Shown here: positions 10,282-19,974 of the stretch, piece after piece
Numbering within the stretch: position 1 is the first letter of the stretch
How the letters are laid out: each line of letters begins with the position of its first letter
Origin: an uncultured Acidobacteriota bacterium
GTDB taxonomy: Bacteria > Acidobacteriota > Thermoanaerobaculia > UBA5066
NCBI GenBank assembly: GCA_963779415.1
Contig: CAVZYA010000001.1
Span: 448,001 to 512,000 of the forward strand
DNA: 64,000 bases
Direction of reading: 5' to 3'
Position numbers and translations under genes: made by a program
The notes under the pieces: generated by a model
The model's input: only the letters and a program-made list of their open reading frames with translations
Told to the model about the DNA's origin: nothing
The model's database searches: none

Positions 10282-11450
10282 GGCGGCGCTCCGGCCGGCT
10301 CGCCCGTGCCGATCACGTGAAGGAGCGCCAAGGCCGCGCGGTCCGCGGCGCCGGGGAGGCCCAGCCGCTCGCGCCCGCGCGCGAGCCGGCGCCTCGCCTC
10401 GGCTGCGCGTGCCGGATCGTCGAGGAATGCCGCCGCTTCGGCCGCCACCCGCTCCGGCGTGGCCTCGCCCTGGATCAGCTCCGGCACGGCCCGGGCACCG
10501 GATCCGTCGTCGGAGACGATGTTCGCCATCGCGACGTGCGGGACTTTCACGAGCAGCCGTCCGACAGCATAGGTGATCGGGTTGACCCGGTAGACGACGA
10601 CCATCGGAACCGCCGCGAGGACCCCTTCCAGCGTCGCCGTTCCGGAGGCGACGAGGAGGACGTCCGCGGACGCGAGGAGAGCGAGGTGCGGACCCGACAC
10701 GACGGTCCACGAGTCGAGGGCGGGCCCCGCAACTTCCCGGAGGAGGTCGTGAGCGACCGAGTCCGCTCTCACCAGCGTGATTTCCAGCTCCGGCCGCGCC
10801 GCCCGAAGACGTTCGGCCGCGTCACGGAGGAGTGGGAGGAGCCGCCGGATCTCCCCTTCGCGCGACCCCGGCATCACGACGATCCGCGGGGGACGGGCTC
10901 CTCCCGGGGGCGGAAGAGAGGAAAGCTCTTCCGCCGCGCGGTCGACGAGAGGATGGCCCACCCACTCGACCGTCGTCCCGAGGCCGCGGGCCTCGTACCA
11001 TGCCTTCTCGAAGTCGAAGAGGACGAGGATTCGCTTCCCGAGCCGCGCCAGTGTCTTCGCCCGTCCGGCGCGCCAGGCCCAGACCTGCGGCGAGACGTAG
11101 AAGACGACCGGCAAGCCCGCCCTCACGAGGCGGCGGGCGAGCGGGAGGTTGAAGTCGGGGGAGTCGATCAAGACCGCGGCGTCGACCTTTTCGCGCCGCG
11201 CCGTCGCGACGAGCTCGCCGATGAGCCGCCGGGCGAAGCGGATCTTCCCGATCGCCTCCACGAGGCCGACGACGGCGAGGTCCTTCTGGTGCGCGACGAG
11301 CCGGACGCCACGCGCGGCGCACCCGTCGCCACCGATCCCGACGGCTTCGAGGGAACCCACGCGGGCCGCGAGCGCGTCGAGGAGGGCCGCGGCGTGCTGG
11401 TCTCCGGAGACCTCTCCGGCCGAGACGAGGAGCTTCAGCGCGGCGCTCAT
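10278..11450 (-). CDS. lpxB: Lipid-A-disaccharide synthase
   Basis: AGEVSGD, IDSPDFN, YVSPQVWAWR, VGHPL, PGSR, ASGTATLE. Confidence 0.96.
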   Translation of the reverse strand: MSAALKLLVSAGEVSGDQHAAALLDALAARVGSLEAVGIGGDGCAARGVRLVAHQKDLAVVGLVEAIGKIRFARRLIGELVATARREKVDAAVLIDSPDFNLPLARRLVRAGLPVVFYVSPQVWAWRAGRAKTLARLGKRILVLFDFEKAWYEARGLGTTVEWVGHPLVDRAAEELSSLPPPGGARPPRIVVMPGSREGEIRRLLPLLRDAAERLRAARPELEITLVRADSVAHDLLREVAGPALDSWTVVSGPHLALLASADVLLVASGTATLEGVLAAVPMVVVYRVNPITYAVGRLLVKVPHVAMANIVSDDGSGARAVPELIQGEATPERVAAEAAAFLDDPARAAEARRRLARGRERLGLPGAADRAALALLHVIGTGEPAGAPP

Positions 11451-11629
11451 CTTGCCGGGACGTCGAGGAGCCACGCGAGGGCGAGGCCGCCGGTGACGAG
11501 GGCCAGCCATGTTTGAACGAAGAATCGCCGGACGGCTTTCGGCTCCTCCCGCCAGAGGAGGGCGAGGAAGGCGGCGAGAAGGGTCGCGTGGACGAGCATC
11601 AGGAACGCGTGATCGCGAAAGAGGCTCAT
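11447..11629 (-). CDS. Small two-TM membrane protein (60 aa)
   Basis: ATGA overlaps at both ends; two hydrophobic helices around a basic loop. Confidence 0.75.
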   Translation of the reverse strand: MSLFRDHAFLMLVHATLLAAFLALLWREEPKAVRRFFVQTWLALVTGGLALAWLLDVPAR

Positions 11630-12000
11630 GCGCCTTGTCCGCGCTCAAGCGCATCCAGGATGAGGAGAAGCGACATGACTCCGGCCGTCAGGAGGAACGC
11701 CGTCCCCGCTTCGTTCGTGGCCCCCGGGCCGTTCTGACCGAGACCGAGCGACCAGGCGGCGGCGCCGAAGAGCCCCGTCGCGCCAACGGCCGCCGACCCG
11801 AGCCACGAGAGCGGCTCGCCCGCGACGGGGCGCGGAAGCGTTCCGCCGAGGAAAAGGCCGAGGCCGAAGGTGACGCCGACGATCGCGACGAACGCGGTTC
11901 CGCGCCGCATGCGTCCCAGCGCGACCTGACCGAGTCCCGGCACGAGCAGGGCGGCGATCAGGACGACGGCGAGCGGTCGCCGGGAGCCCGACGCCGTCAG
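11626..12000 (-). CDS. DUF6677-like membrane protein
   Basis: LLVPGLGQ..LGR..RG motif plus several TM helices. Probable CTG start at 12000 (CTGA overlap with HIT) with GGAGG upstream. Confidence 0.7.
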   Translation of the reverse strand: MTASGSRRPLAVVLIAALLVPGLGQVALGRMRRGTAFVAIVGVTFGLGLFLGGTLPRPVAGEPLSWLGSAAVGATGLFGAAAWSLGLGQNGPGATNEAGTAFLLTAGVMSLLLILDALERGQGA

Positions 12001-12512
12001 GACCTTCCCTCCGGCCGCGCCGGGGTCCGCCGCGCGAAGCCGGCCGCCAGACGGTCGCGCGTTTCGGAAAGGTCCTCCGGAAGGGTTCGCGTCCCGGCGA
12101 GGACGGTCATGAAGCTCGTGTCCCCATCCCATCGGGGGACGACGTGGAGATGCGCGTGCCCGGGCACCCCCGCGCCCGCGCTCTTGCCGAGATTGAATCC
12201 GACGTTGAGTCCGTGGCACCGGTACTCCTCGCCGAGGACGCTCTCGGCGGTCGTCGCCACCTCCATCAGTTCGGCCCTCTCCTGCGGCGTCATCTCCCCG
12301 AGCGTTCCGTGGTGCGCGTAGGGCGTCACCATCAGATGGCCGCTCGAGTACGGGAAGCGGTTCAGGACCGCGTAGACGCCCGCTCCCCGGAAGACGATCA
12401 GCGCTTCAGCGTCGCCGAGCCGGTGGAGGCCGCAGAAGAGACAACCGTCCACCATGCGCCCCTCGTCGCCGGTGAGGTACGCCAGGCGCCATGGAGTGAA
12501 GAGGATTTCCAT
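11997..12512 (-). CDS. HIT family hydrolase (Ap4A phosphorylase-like)
   Basis: LFTPWR, CLFC, LNRFPYSSGHLM, GFNLGKSAGAG, HAHLHVVPRW. Confidence 0.92.
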   Translation of the reverse strand: MEILFTPWRLAYLTGDEGRMVDGCLFCGLHRLGDAEALIVFRGAGVYAVLNRFPYSSGHLMVTPYAHHGTLGEMTPQERAELMEVATTAESVLGEEYRCHGLNVGFNLGKSAGAGVPGHAHLHVVPRWDGDTSFMTVLAGTRTLPEDLSETRDRLAAGFARRTPARPEGRS

Positions 12513-12555
12513 GCGTCGCGACGTCCCCGCTTCGGCGGAAAGCGGGAGGCGCTCT

Positions 12556-12924
12556 CTAGCTGCCCGCGCCCGCGGGGGGCTCGCCGGCCGCGACGGCTGC
12601 CGACGCCGGGTTGATCAGCTCCTTGAGCTTCTTTCCCGGCTTGAAGTACGGGACCCGCTTCGGCGGCACCATCACCTTCACGCCGCTCTTCTTCGGGTTG
12701 CGGGCCACGCGCGCGCCCCGCTGCCGGAGGCGGAAGCTCCCGAACCCGCGCAGCTCGATCTTCTGGCCGGCCCGGAGCGACTCGATGATTCCCTCGAAGA
12801 ACCTCTCCACGATGACCTCGGCCTGCTTCTTCGTCAGGCCGGTCGCCCGCGCGACCTCCTCGACGAGATCGGCTTTCGTCGTCGTCCCCTCGCTTCGCGC
12901 CGCGGCTGCTTCTGGCTGGTTCAT
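12556..12924 (-). CDS. HU/IHF family DNA-binding protein (IHF beta-like)
   Basis: TKADLV, IELRGFGSF, ARNPK, VPYFKPGKKLKE; follows rpsA, as ihfB commonly does. Confidence 0.93.
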   Translation of the reverse strand: MNQPEAAAARSEGTTTKADLVEEVARATGLTKKQAEVIVERFFEGIIESLRAGQKIELRGFGSFRLRQRGARVARNPKKSGVKVMVPPKRVPYFKPGKKLKELINPASAAVAAGEPPAGAGS

Positions 12925-12952
12925 GGCTCCTCCACCGGTTCTCCCCTCTCAC

Positions 12953-12976
12953 GGAGAAAGCCGGGCGGCTCTCTCC
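12953..12976 (-). other. Stable intergenic hairpin between rpsA and the HU/IHF gene
   Basis: Minus strand GGAGAGAGCCG-CC-CGGCTTTCTCC. No U-tract, so not called a terminator. Confidence 0.45.
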
Positions 12977-12986
12977 AGTCCGTTCC

Positions 12987-14692
12987 TCAGGGCTCCACGG
13001 ACGGGTCCGAACCGGAAGTGTCCGATCCGCCGGGCGTTCCTCCCACGGGGAGTTCGGCCGGCGCGGGTATCTCCTGGGAGACGCCGCGGGAAGAGAGTCC
13101 GATCCGCTGCTCCACCGGCTCGATCCGGAGGATGCGGACGCGGACGGGGTCCCCTTCCTTGAAATGCTCCGCGGGCTTCTCTCCGCGGGACAGATCGGTT
13201 TCCGAGACGTGCATCAGCCCCTCGAGCCCCTCGGGGAGCCGGACGAAGACGCCGAAGTCGGCCACCTTCGCGACGATCCCGTCGAGGACGTCGCCCGGCT
13301 GGTGCGCGGCGGCGAACTGCTCCCATTCGTTCGGACGGAATTCCTTGATCGAGAGGCTGATCCGGCGGTTCTCCACGTCGATGGCCGTGAGGATCGCCTG
13401 GATCTGATCGCCTTTCTTCAGGACCTCGGATGGGTGCTTGACCCGCCGGCCCCACGACATGTCGGAGACGTGGACGAGTCCGTCGATCCCCTCCTCGATC
13501 TCGACGAACGCGCCGAAGTCGGTCAGGTTGCGGACGCGTCCCCGTGATCCGGTCGCCGATCCGGTATTTTTCCGCGAGGAGCTCCCACGGATTCGCCTCC
13601 GTCGCGCGGAGCGAAAGGGAGAGGCGCCGCGTCTCGGCGTTCACGTCCGCGATGACGGCCTCGATGATGTCCCCCACCTTCAGGATCTTCGAAGGGTTCT
13701 TGATCCGCTTCGTCCACGACATCTCGCTGACGTGGATCAGTCCCTCCACCCCTTCTTCCAGCTCCACGAAGGCGCCGTAATCCGTCAGCGAGACGACCTT
13801 GCCGCGGACGCGCGCGCCGACCGGGTAATGTGCCGGAAGGTCGTGCCACGGATCGGGCTTGAGCTGCTTGGTCCCGAGCGAGATCCGTCCCGACTCGGAG
13901 TCGAACTTGAGGACCTTCACCTCGATCGCCTCGCCCACCTTCACGACCTCGGAGGGGTGCGCGACGCGTCCCCACGACATGTCCGTGACGTGGAGCAGGC
14001 CGTCGATGCCGCCGAGGTCGACGAACGCGCCGTAGTCCGTGATGTTCTTGACGACGCCCTTGAGGGCGCGGCCGGCGGCGAGGGCCTCCTGCGCTTCCTT
14101 GCGCTTCACGTCCGCGATCTCGTCGAGGAGCGCCTTGCGCGAGAGGACGATGTTGCCGCGCTTTCGGTCGAGGCCGACGACGCGGAACTCGAGATCCCGT
14201 CCCTTGAGGACGTCGAGGTTCTTCAGCGGCCGCGAGTCCGCAATCGAGCCCGGCAGGAAGGCGCGGACGCCGATGTCGACGGCGAGCCCGCCCTTCACCC
14301 GCTCGAGCACCCGTCCCTTGACGGACGCCCCGGTCCGGAAAGCCTCCTCGACCATGTCCCAGGCGCGGTTCCGGACGCGCCTTCTCGTGCGAGAGGACGA
14401 CGTAGCCGGAGTTGCTCTCGGTTCGCTCGAGAATCGCCTCGATCTCGTCGCCGGGCTGCGGGAGCTTCCCGGCGGGAAGCGAGGCGAACTCGTGCCGCGG
14501 GATCATCCCTTCGGACTTGTAGCCGATGTCGACGAGGATCTCGTCGTTCGTCACCTGCACGACCCGGCCGCGGATCAGCTCTCCTTCCCGCAGCGTTCGC
14601 TCGCTCTCGGCCAGAAGCTTCGCGAACTCGCCGCTGTCGGCGGAGTCCTCCTGCTTCGGACCGGGGCTCTTCCTCGGGTCGATGGGTGACAT
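12987..14692 (-). CDS. rpsA: 30S ribosomal protein S1, with two +1 frameshifts (~14372, ~13541) that are probably sequence errors
   Basis: Tandem S1 domains split over three frames: VDIGYKSEG; VKNITDYGAFVDLGGIDGLLH; MSWGRRVKHPSE. Removing one base at each junction restores KARRNRAWDM and ITGRVRNLTDF. Confidence 0.93.
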
Positions 14693-14773
14693 GGATGACA
14701 GCTCCTTCGCTCGGCGGTTTGCCCGGCGGACTAACTCGCCAATCGACAAAGGATTAGCCAGCCCGAAGAGGGG

Positions 14774-14803
14774 ATGTTAGCCGCGGACGGGGCGAACGGT
14801 CAA
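14774..14803 (-). promoter_or_regulatory. Sigma70-like promoter for rpsA
   Basis: Minus strand TTGACC (14803-14798), 18 nt spacer, TAACAT (14779-14774). Confidence 0.6.
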
Positions 14804-15469
14804 CCGGACGCGCGCCCGAGATGCCGGAGCAGGGTCTCGACGACTTCGTCGACCGTCAGCGCCGACGTGTCCACGACGACGTAGCTCGCGTCGTGACGGA
14901 GCGGCGAGTCCTCTCGCGTGGAGTCGGCGCGGTCCCGGGCTTCCATCTCCGCGAGGACCTTTTCGTACGGCTGCGGCGTCCCTTTCGCCTCGAACTCCAG
15001 CGTCCGGCGGCGGGCGCGGACCGGCGCGAAGGCCGTGAGGAAGAACTTGTGCGGCGTCTCGGGCACCACCTTCGTCCCGATGTCGCGCCCTTCGAGGACC
15101 CCGCCCCCGGCGAGGGCGAGCTGGCGCTGCATCCCGGCGAGGCGGCGCCGGACGCCGGGAATCGCGGAGACGGCCGACGCATACATCGAGATCTCCGGCG
15201 TCCGGATCTCCTTCGAGACGTCCTCGCCGTCGAGGAACGTCCTCGCGCTGGCGGCGCTCCCCGTCACGGAGACGGTCACGCGCTCCGCGATCGCGACCGA
15301 CCGCACCCGGGTCCGCGATCGGAAGGGAGATCCCCTGCCTCCTCGCGGCCAGCCCGACCGCGCGGTACATCGCGCCGGTGTCGAGGTAGGCGAGGTCGAG
15401 CCGGACGGCGAGCGCCTTGCCGACCGTCGACTTGCCGACGCCGGAGGGCCCGTCGATCGCCACGATCAC
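14800..15469 (-). CDS. cmk: Cytidylate kinase, with a +1 frameshift at ~15298
   Basis: IAIDGPSGVGKST, LDTGAMYRA in one frame; EGRDIGT, RDRADSTR..SPL in the next; cmk-rpsA synteny. Confidence 0.92.
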
Positions 15470-16614
15470 GGCGCGCGCTCTCCGCGGGTCGAAGAGACCC
15501 GAGCGAGCGATCTCGTCGAGCGCCGAGAGGAAGCGCCGGTTCTCGAGATGCGTTCCGACGGTGACGCGGAAGGCGTGCGGGAATCCCCAGCCCGCCATCG
15601 GCCGGAGGATGACGCCGCGCCGCGCGAACTCCGGCTCGAGCGGGCCGAACGGGACCGGAATCTCCACGAGGAGGAAGTTCGCCACCGAGGGCCACGGATT
15701 CAGGCCGCGGAGGAGAAGCTCCTGGAAGAGGAAAGCTCTCTCCTCGACGACGAGGGCGCCGCGTCCGCCACTTGTGCTCGTCGTCGAACAGGGCGGCCGA
15801 TCGCCGCGGCCTGTGCGACGCTCGTCGTGTTGAAGGGCTCCCGCACCTTCTCGAGCGCGGCGGCGACGTCTTCGGAGGCGAAGCCGTAGCCGATCCGGAG
15901 GCCCGCGAGCCCCACGATCTTCGAGAACGTCCGGAGGACGACCATCGGCAGCCCGCGCGCGAGAAACTCGAGGCCGTTCGGGTAGTCCGGAACCACGTCG
16001 TCCGCGAACTCGAAATAGGCCTCGTCGAGGAAGACGAGGACGTGAGGAGGAAGCTCGGAGAGGAACGCGGCGAGCTCCTCACGCGAGACGTAGGAGCCGG
16101 TCGGGTTGTTCGGGTTCGCGATCGCGACGACCTTCGTCGCGTCCCCGATCCGCCGGAGGAGCGCCGGGAGATCGGGCTTCAGCCCCGCGAAGGGCGAGGG
16201 GACCTCGACGAACGTCCCGCCCGCACGGTGTGTCGCGACGGGAAACATCCGGAAGATCCCCTGCGGGACGACGACTTCGTCGCCCGGCTCGACGTACGTC
16301 CGGATCGTGATGTCGATCAGCTCCGAGCCCCCGGCCCCGAGGACGATCTGGTTCTCCGGGACGCCGGTGCGCGAGGAGATCGCTCTCTTGAGCAGGGTCC
16401 CCGATCCGTCCGGGTAGCGGTGGACCTCGGGAAGCGCCCGGGCCGCCGCCTCGATCGCTCTCGGCGAGGGGCCGAGCGGGTTCTCGTTCGACGCGAGCTT
16501 GACGGCTCCATGGATCCCGTACCGGGCCTCGACTTCCTCGATCGGGCGTCCGGGAACGTACGGCGCGAGCGTGGCGACGCAGGGCCGCGGAGCCGGGCGA
16601 AGAACCGTTTTCAC
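15466..16614 (-). CDS. hisC: Histidinol-phosphate aminotransferase, with frameshifts at ~15798, ~15755 and probably ~15487
   Basis: YVPGRP, KLASNENPLG, YPDG, NPNNPTG, DEAYFEF, RTFSK.VGLAGLRIGY. C-terminal ANFLL and RVTVG lie in another frame. Confidence 0.88.
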
Positions 16615-17402
16615 GCGCGCGTCGCCCTCCGGCGCGCCGGTCGCGCCAGGCGGGGCGAGGGAGGAATCGCCCGGAGCGCCGCGACCTCCTCCGGCTCCAG
16701 GTCGCGGAACTTCCCCGGCGAGAGCGCCTTGTCCCGGATCGGCCCGATCGCCACGCGCCGCAGCTTCGAGACCGGGTGACCCACGGCGGCGAACATCCGC
16801 CGGATCTGGCGGGAGCGCCCCTCCCCGAGGATGACGCGCATCCACGCGTTGCCGCCGGCGCCCCCCTTCTCGGGGGTCGTCTCGACGACATCCATCTCGG
16901 CCGGGGCCGTCCGGACGCCGTCATCGAGCGTGATGCCGCGGCGGAGCCGGTCGAGCTGCGCGGGGGTCGGGATCCCCGAGACCTTCACTTCGTACTCCTT
17001 CCGGCAGCCGCCCGAAGGGTGCGTCAGCTTCTGGACGAGGGCGCCGTCGTTCGTCAGGAGGAGCAGGCCTTCCGAGTCGAAGTCGAGGCGCCCGACCGCG
17101 ACGAGCCGCTCGCCGATACGGTTCCGGAGGAGGGAGAAGACCGTCGGACGCCCGTCGGGGTCGTCGCTCGTCACGACGAAGCCGCGGGGCTTGTTGACCA
17201 GAACGTACCGGTGCACCGAGGGGAGCCGGAGGAGCTTTCCATCCACCTTGACGTGGTCCTTCCCGAGGTCGGCCTTCGTCCCCAGCTCGGTGACGACGCG
17301 GCCGTTCAACGTCACGCGCCCTTCGAGGATCATCGCTTCCGCGGCCCGCCGCGAAGCGACGCCCGCGGCGGACAGCAGCTTTTGAAGTCGCTCAGCCGCC
17401 AT
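16611..17402 (-). CDS. rluB: rRNA pseudouridine synthase (RsuA/RluB family)
   Basis: ERLQKLL..AGVASRR S4 domain, NKPRG, VGRLDFDSEGLLLLTNDG, EGRSRQIRRM; downstream of scpAB. Confidence 0.88.
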   Translation of the reverse strand: MAAERLQKLLSAAGVASRRAAEAMILEGRVTLNGRVVTELGTKADLGKDHVKVDGKLLRLPSVHRYVLVNKPRGFVVTSDDPDGRPTVFSLLRNRIGERLVAVGRLDFDSEGLLLLTNDGALVQKLTHPSGGCRKEYEVKVSGIPTPAQLDRLRRGITLDDGVRTAPAEMDVVETTPEKGGAGGNAWMRVILGEGRSRQIRRMFAAVGHPVSKLRRVAIGPIRDKALSPGKFRDLEPEEVAALRAIPPSPRLARPARRRATRA

Positions 17403-18084
17403 CGCTTTCCTCTCTCGGCTCTTCTCTCGGCTCCTCTCTCGCCTCCTCTCTCGCCTCCTCCGACGGGAAGAGTTCCGTCTGGGACGGGTCCGGCGCCGCC
17501 GTCGTCTCGCCGCCGTAGAGAGCTTCCAGCTCTTCCGGTTTCGGCAGCTCCGAAACCTCGCCGAGGCCGAAGTGCACGAGGAACTCGTGCGTCGTCTTGT
17601 AGAGGAACGGCGTTCCGACGACCGGCTTACGCCCGGCCGTCGTGATCAGCTTCCGGTCCAGGAGCGTCCGGATCGACGAGGCCGAGTTGACGCCACGCAG
17701 GTCCGCGATCTCGGGAGCGGTGATCGGCTGGCGGTAGGCGACGATCGCGAGCGTCTCGAGGCTCGCCATCGACAGCTTCGTCCGGCCGTCCATCCCGAGG
17801 AGCCGGCGGATCGGAATGTCGAACTCGTTTCGGGCCACGAACCGGACGCCTCCGGCGACACGATCGAGCGTGACGCCCCGCCGCTCCGCCTCGCAAAGGC
17901 GGGCGATCTCCGCGAGCGCGGCCTCCACCTCGGCGAGAGGGATCTCCGCGGCCTCCGCGAGCTTCTCCGGCGTGGCCGGCTTTCCGGAAGCGAAGAGCAG
18001 CGCCTCCACGAGGGCGACCGGGCCGGCAGAAGCCGGCGGCGCCGGCACGTCCGGGGCCTGAAGAGCGTTCGTCTCGTCCGGCAC
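17392..18084 (-). CDS. scpB: SMC-Scp complex subunit ScpB
   Basis: EALLFAS, LSMASLETLAIVAYRQPIT, IADLRGV, GTPFLYKTT.EFL.HFGL. Confidence 0.95.
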   Translation of the reverse strand: MPDETNALQAPDVPAPPASAGPVALVEALLFASGKPATPEKLAEAAEIPLAEVEAALAEIARLCEAERRGVTLDRVAGGVRFVARNEFDIPIRRLLGMDGRTKLSMASLETLAIVAYRQPITAPEIADLRGVNSASSIRTLLDRKLITTAGRKPVVGTPFLYKTTHEFLVHFGLGEVSELPKPEELEALYGGETTAAPDPSQTELFPSEEAREEAREEPREEPREESDGG

Positions 18085-18894
18085 CTAGCGGTAGACCTCC
18101 TGATAGCTTTCGAGGGAGACGTCTTCTCCCGTCGCCTGGAGGTAGATCTCGGCGAACTCCTCGGGCTGGAGAGCCCGGACGATCCGGAGCCGGAGAAGCT
18201 CGAGGACGGCGAGGAAGACGGCGATCGCCTCCGGGCGCCCCGAAAGCGTCGCGAAGACCTCGGAAAGCGGGGTCGGCGCGGTCGCCGTCATCACGCGGGA
18301 GAGCATCTCCTCCATTTTCTCGCGGATCGAGAACTTCTGGTGCTCGATCTCCAGCGCCGGAGGATGCTGCGCCTGGTACCGGTCGAGGACACCGCGGAAC
18401 AGGGTCAGGAGGTCGAAGAGCGAGACCTCGGAGAGGTCGGTCTCTTCCTCCTCCTCCGCCGTTTCGAGACGGAGGGGGGGCCGCGCCCAGAGCCCGAGCC
18501 GCTGCGCCTCCATCTCGTGCAGCGTCTCGGCCACGCCCTTGTACTTCCGGTACTCGAGAAGGCGCCGGACCAGCTCGTCCCGCGGGTCCTCGGCCGGCGT
18601 CCCGTCCGGGGAGACCGCGCGCGGCAGGACCATCTGCGACTTGATCTGGACGAGGAGCGCCTCCATGTAGAGGAACTCGGCCGCCACTTCGAGGTCGAGG
18701 TCCTGCATCAGGACGAGGTACTCGTGGTACTGGCGGCAGATCTCCGCCACCGGAATGTTCTTCAGGTCCAGCTCGTTCTTCCGAACGAGATGGAGAAGGA
18801 GGTCGAGCGGCCCTTCGAAGGTCGGAAGCCGCACGGGATACGGCTGGACCAGCTCGAGGCCGGGGGGAACCGGGATCCGGAAGCCTTCCGTCAC
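18085..18894 (-). CDS. scpA: Segregation/condensation protein ScpA
   Basis: FEGPLDLLLHLV, AAEFLYM..LVQIKS, DPRDELVRRLLEYRKYK, FLAVLEL. Start at GTG 18894. Confidence 0.95.
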   Translation of the reverse strand: MTEGFRIPVPPGLELVQPYPVRLPTFEGPLDLLLHLVRKNELDLKNIPVAEICRQYHEYLVLMQDLDLEVAAEFLYMEALLVQIKSQMVLPRAVSPDGTPAEDPRDELVRRLLEYRKYKGVAETLHEMEAQRLGLWARPPLRLETAEEEEETDLSEVSLFDLLTLFRGVLDRYQAQHPPALEIEHQKFSIREKMEEMLSRVMTATAPTPLSEVFATLSGRPEAIAVFLAVLELLRLRIVRALQPEEFAEIYLQATGEDVSLESYQEVYR

Positions 18895-18981
18895 GGGCTC
18901 ACCCCACGCCTCATGAAGGGGGGCGCGGGGGGTGCGACCCCGGCCCTCCAATCGCGACGGGCAGACGACGCACCACCCGCC

Positions 18982-19974
18982 TCATAACAGGTTCATCGCG
19001 CCGGCGACGCGTTCCATCGTCCGTCCCGCGATCTCTCGCGCCCGCTCGTTCCCGGCTTCGAGGACCTCCCGGACGAAGCCCGGCTTCGACGTGATCTCGG
19101 CGCGCTTCGCACGGACCGGCTCGAGGGTGGCGTTCATGTTCCGGATGAGATGCTTCTTGCAGTCGACGCAGCCCCGCGCCGCCGTCCGGCACTCCTCGTC
19201 GACCAGCGCGACCTCGGCGGGGCTGGAGTAAAGGCGGTGAAACGGAAAGAGGTTGCACGTTTCGGGGTCGCCCGGGTCGGACCGCCGCGCCCGCTTCGGG
19301 TCCGTCACCATCCCCATGACCTTCTGCTGGACCTCGGCGGCGCCGTCGGAGAGCGCAATCGTGTTCCCGTAGCTCTTCGACATCTTCCGGCCGTCGAGCC
19401 CCGGCACCTTCGGCGTCGCCGTGTAGAGGGCCTGAGGCTCCGGAAAGACGTCGCCGTAGAAGCCGTTGAACCGGCGGACGATCTCGCGGCAGATCTCGAG
19501 ATGGCTCTCCTGGTCCTTCCCCACCGGGACGTAGTCGGCGAGGAAGAGAGCGATGTCGGCCGTCATCAGGACCGGATAGCCGAGGAACCCGAAGGTCCCG
19601 AGGTCCTTCTCGCGAAGCTGCTCGATCTGCTCCTTGTAGGTCGGCACCCGCTCCAGCCACCCGAGAGGCGTGATCATCCCGAAGACGAGGGCCAGCTCGG
19701 CCGTCTGCGGCACGCGCGACTGGACGTAGAGGACCGACTTCTCGGGGTCGAGGCCGACCGAGAGCCAGTCGGTCGCGGCTTCGAGAGTCGCCTCCCGGAT
19801 GGCCGAGGTGTCGGCGTAGTCCGTCGTCAGGGCGTGGAGGTCGGCGATGAAGTAGTGGCAGCGGTAGGCATCCTGCAGGTCGACCCAGTTCTTCACCGCG
19901 CCCCAGTAGTTGCCGAGGTGTACGCGGCCCGTAGGCCGGAGTCCGGAGAGGACGATCTTCTTCGCGACCGTCAC
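18982..19974 (-). CDS. trpS: Tryptophan--tRNA ligase
   Basis: SGLRPTGRVHLGNY, ADLHALT, YPVLMTADI, VPVGKDQ, KMSKS. Confidence 0.97.
   Translation of the reverse strand: MTVAKKIVLSGLRPTGRVHLGNYWGAVKNWVDLQDAYRCHYFIADLHALTTDYADTSAIREATLEAATDWLSVGLDPEKSVLYVQSRVPQTAELALVFGMITPLGWLERVPTYKEQIEQLREKDLGTFGFLGYPVLMTADIALFLADYVPVGKDQESHLEICREIVRRFNGFYGDVFPEPQALYTATPKVPGLDGRKMSKSYGNTIALSDGAAEVQQKVMGMVTDPKRARRSDPGDPETCNLFPFHRLYSSPAEVALVDEECRTAARGCVDCKKHLIRNMNATLEPVRAKRAEITSKPGFVREVLEAGNERAREIAGRTMERVAGAMNLL

Noticed and set aside
14777-15685. Apparent HisC-Cmk fusion in the ORF track
   Set aside because: Removing one C at about 15487 ends hisC at a TGA overlapping the cmk GTG (GTGA), with GGAG upstream. 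It lies in the error-rich stretch.
13530-15800. Frameshifts in rpsA, cmk and hisC as programmed frameshifting or pseudogenisation
   Set aside because: They are clustered single-base insertions in essential genes with otherwise intact motifs, several in short homopolymers, with no slippery heptamers. A poorly polished consensus explains them best; check with reads.
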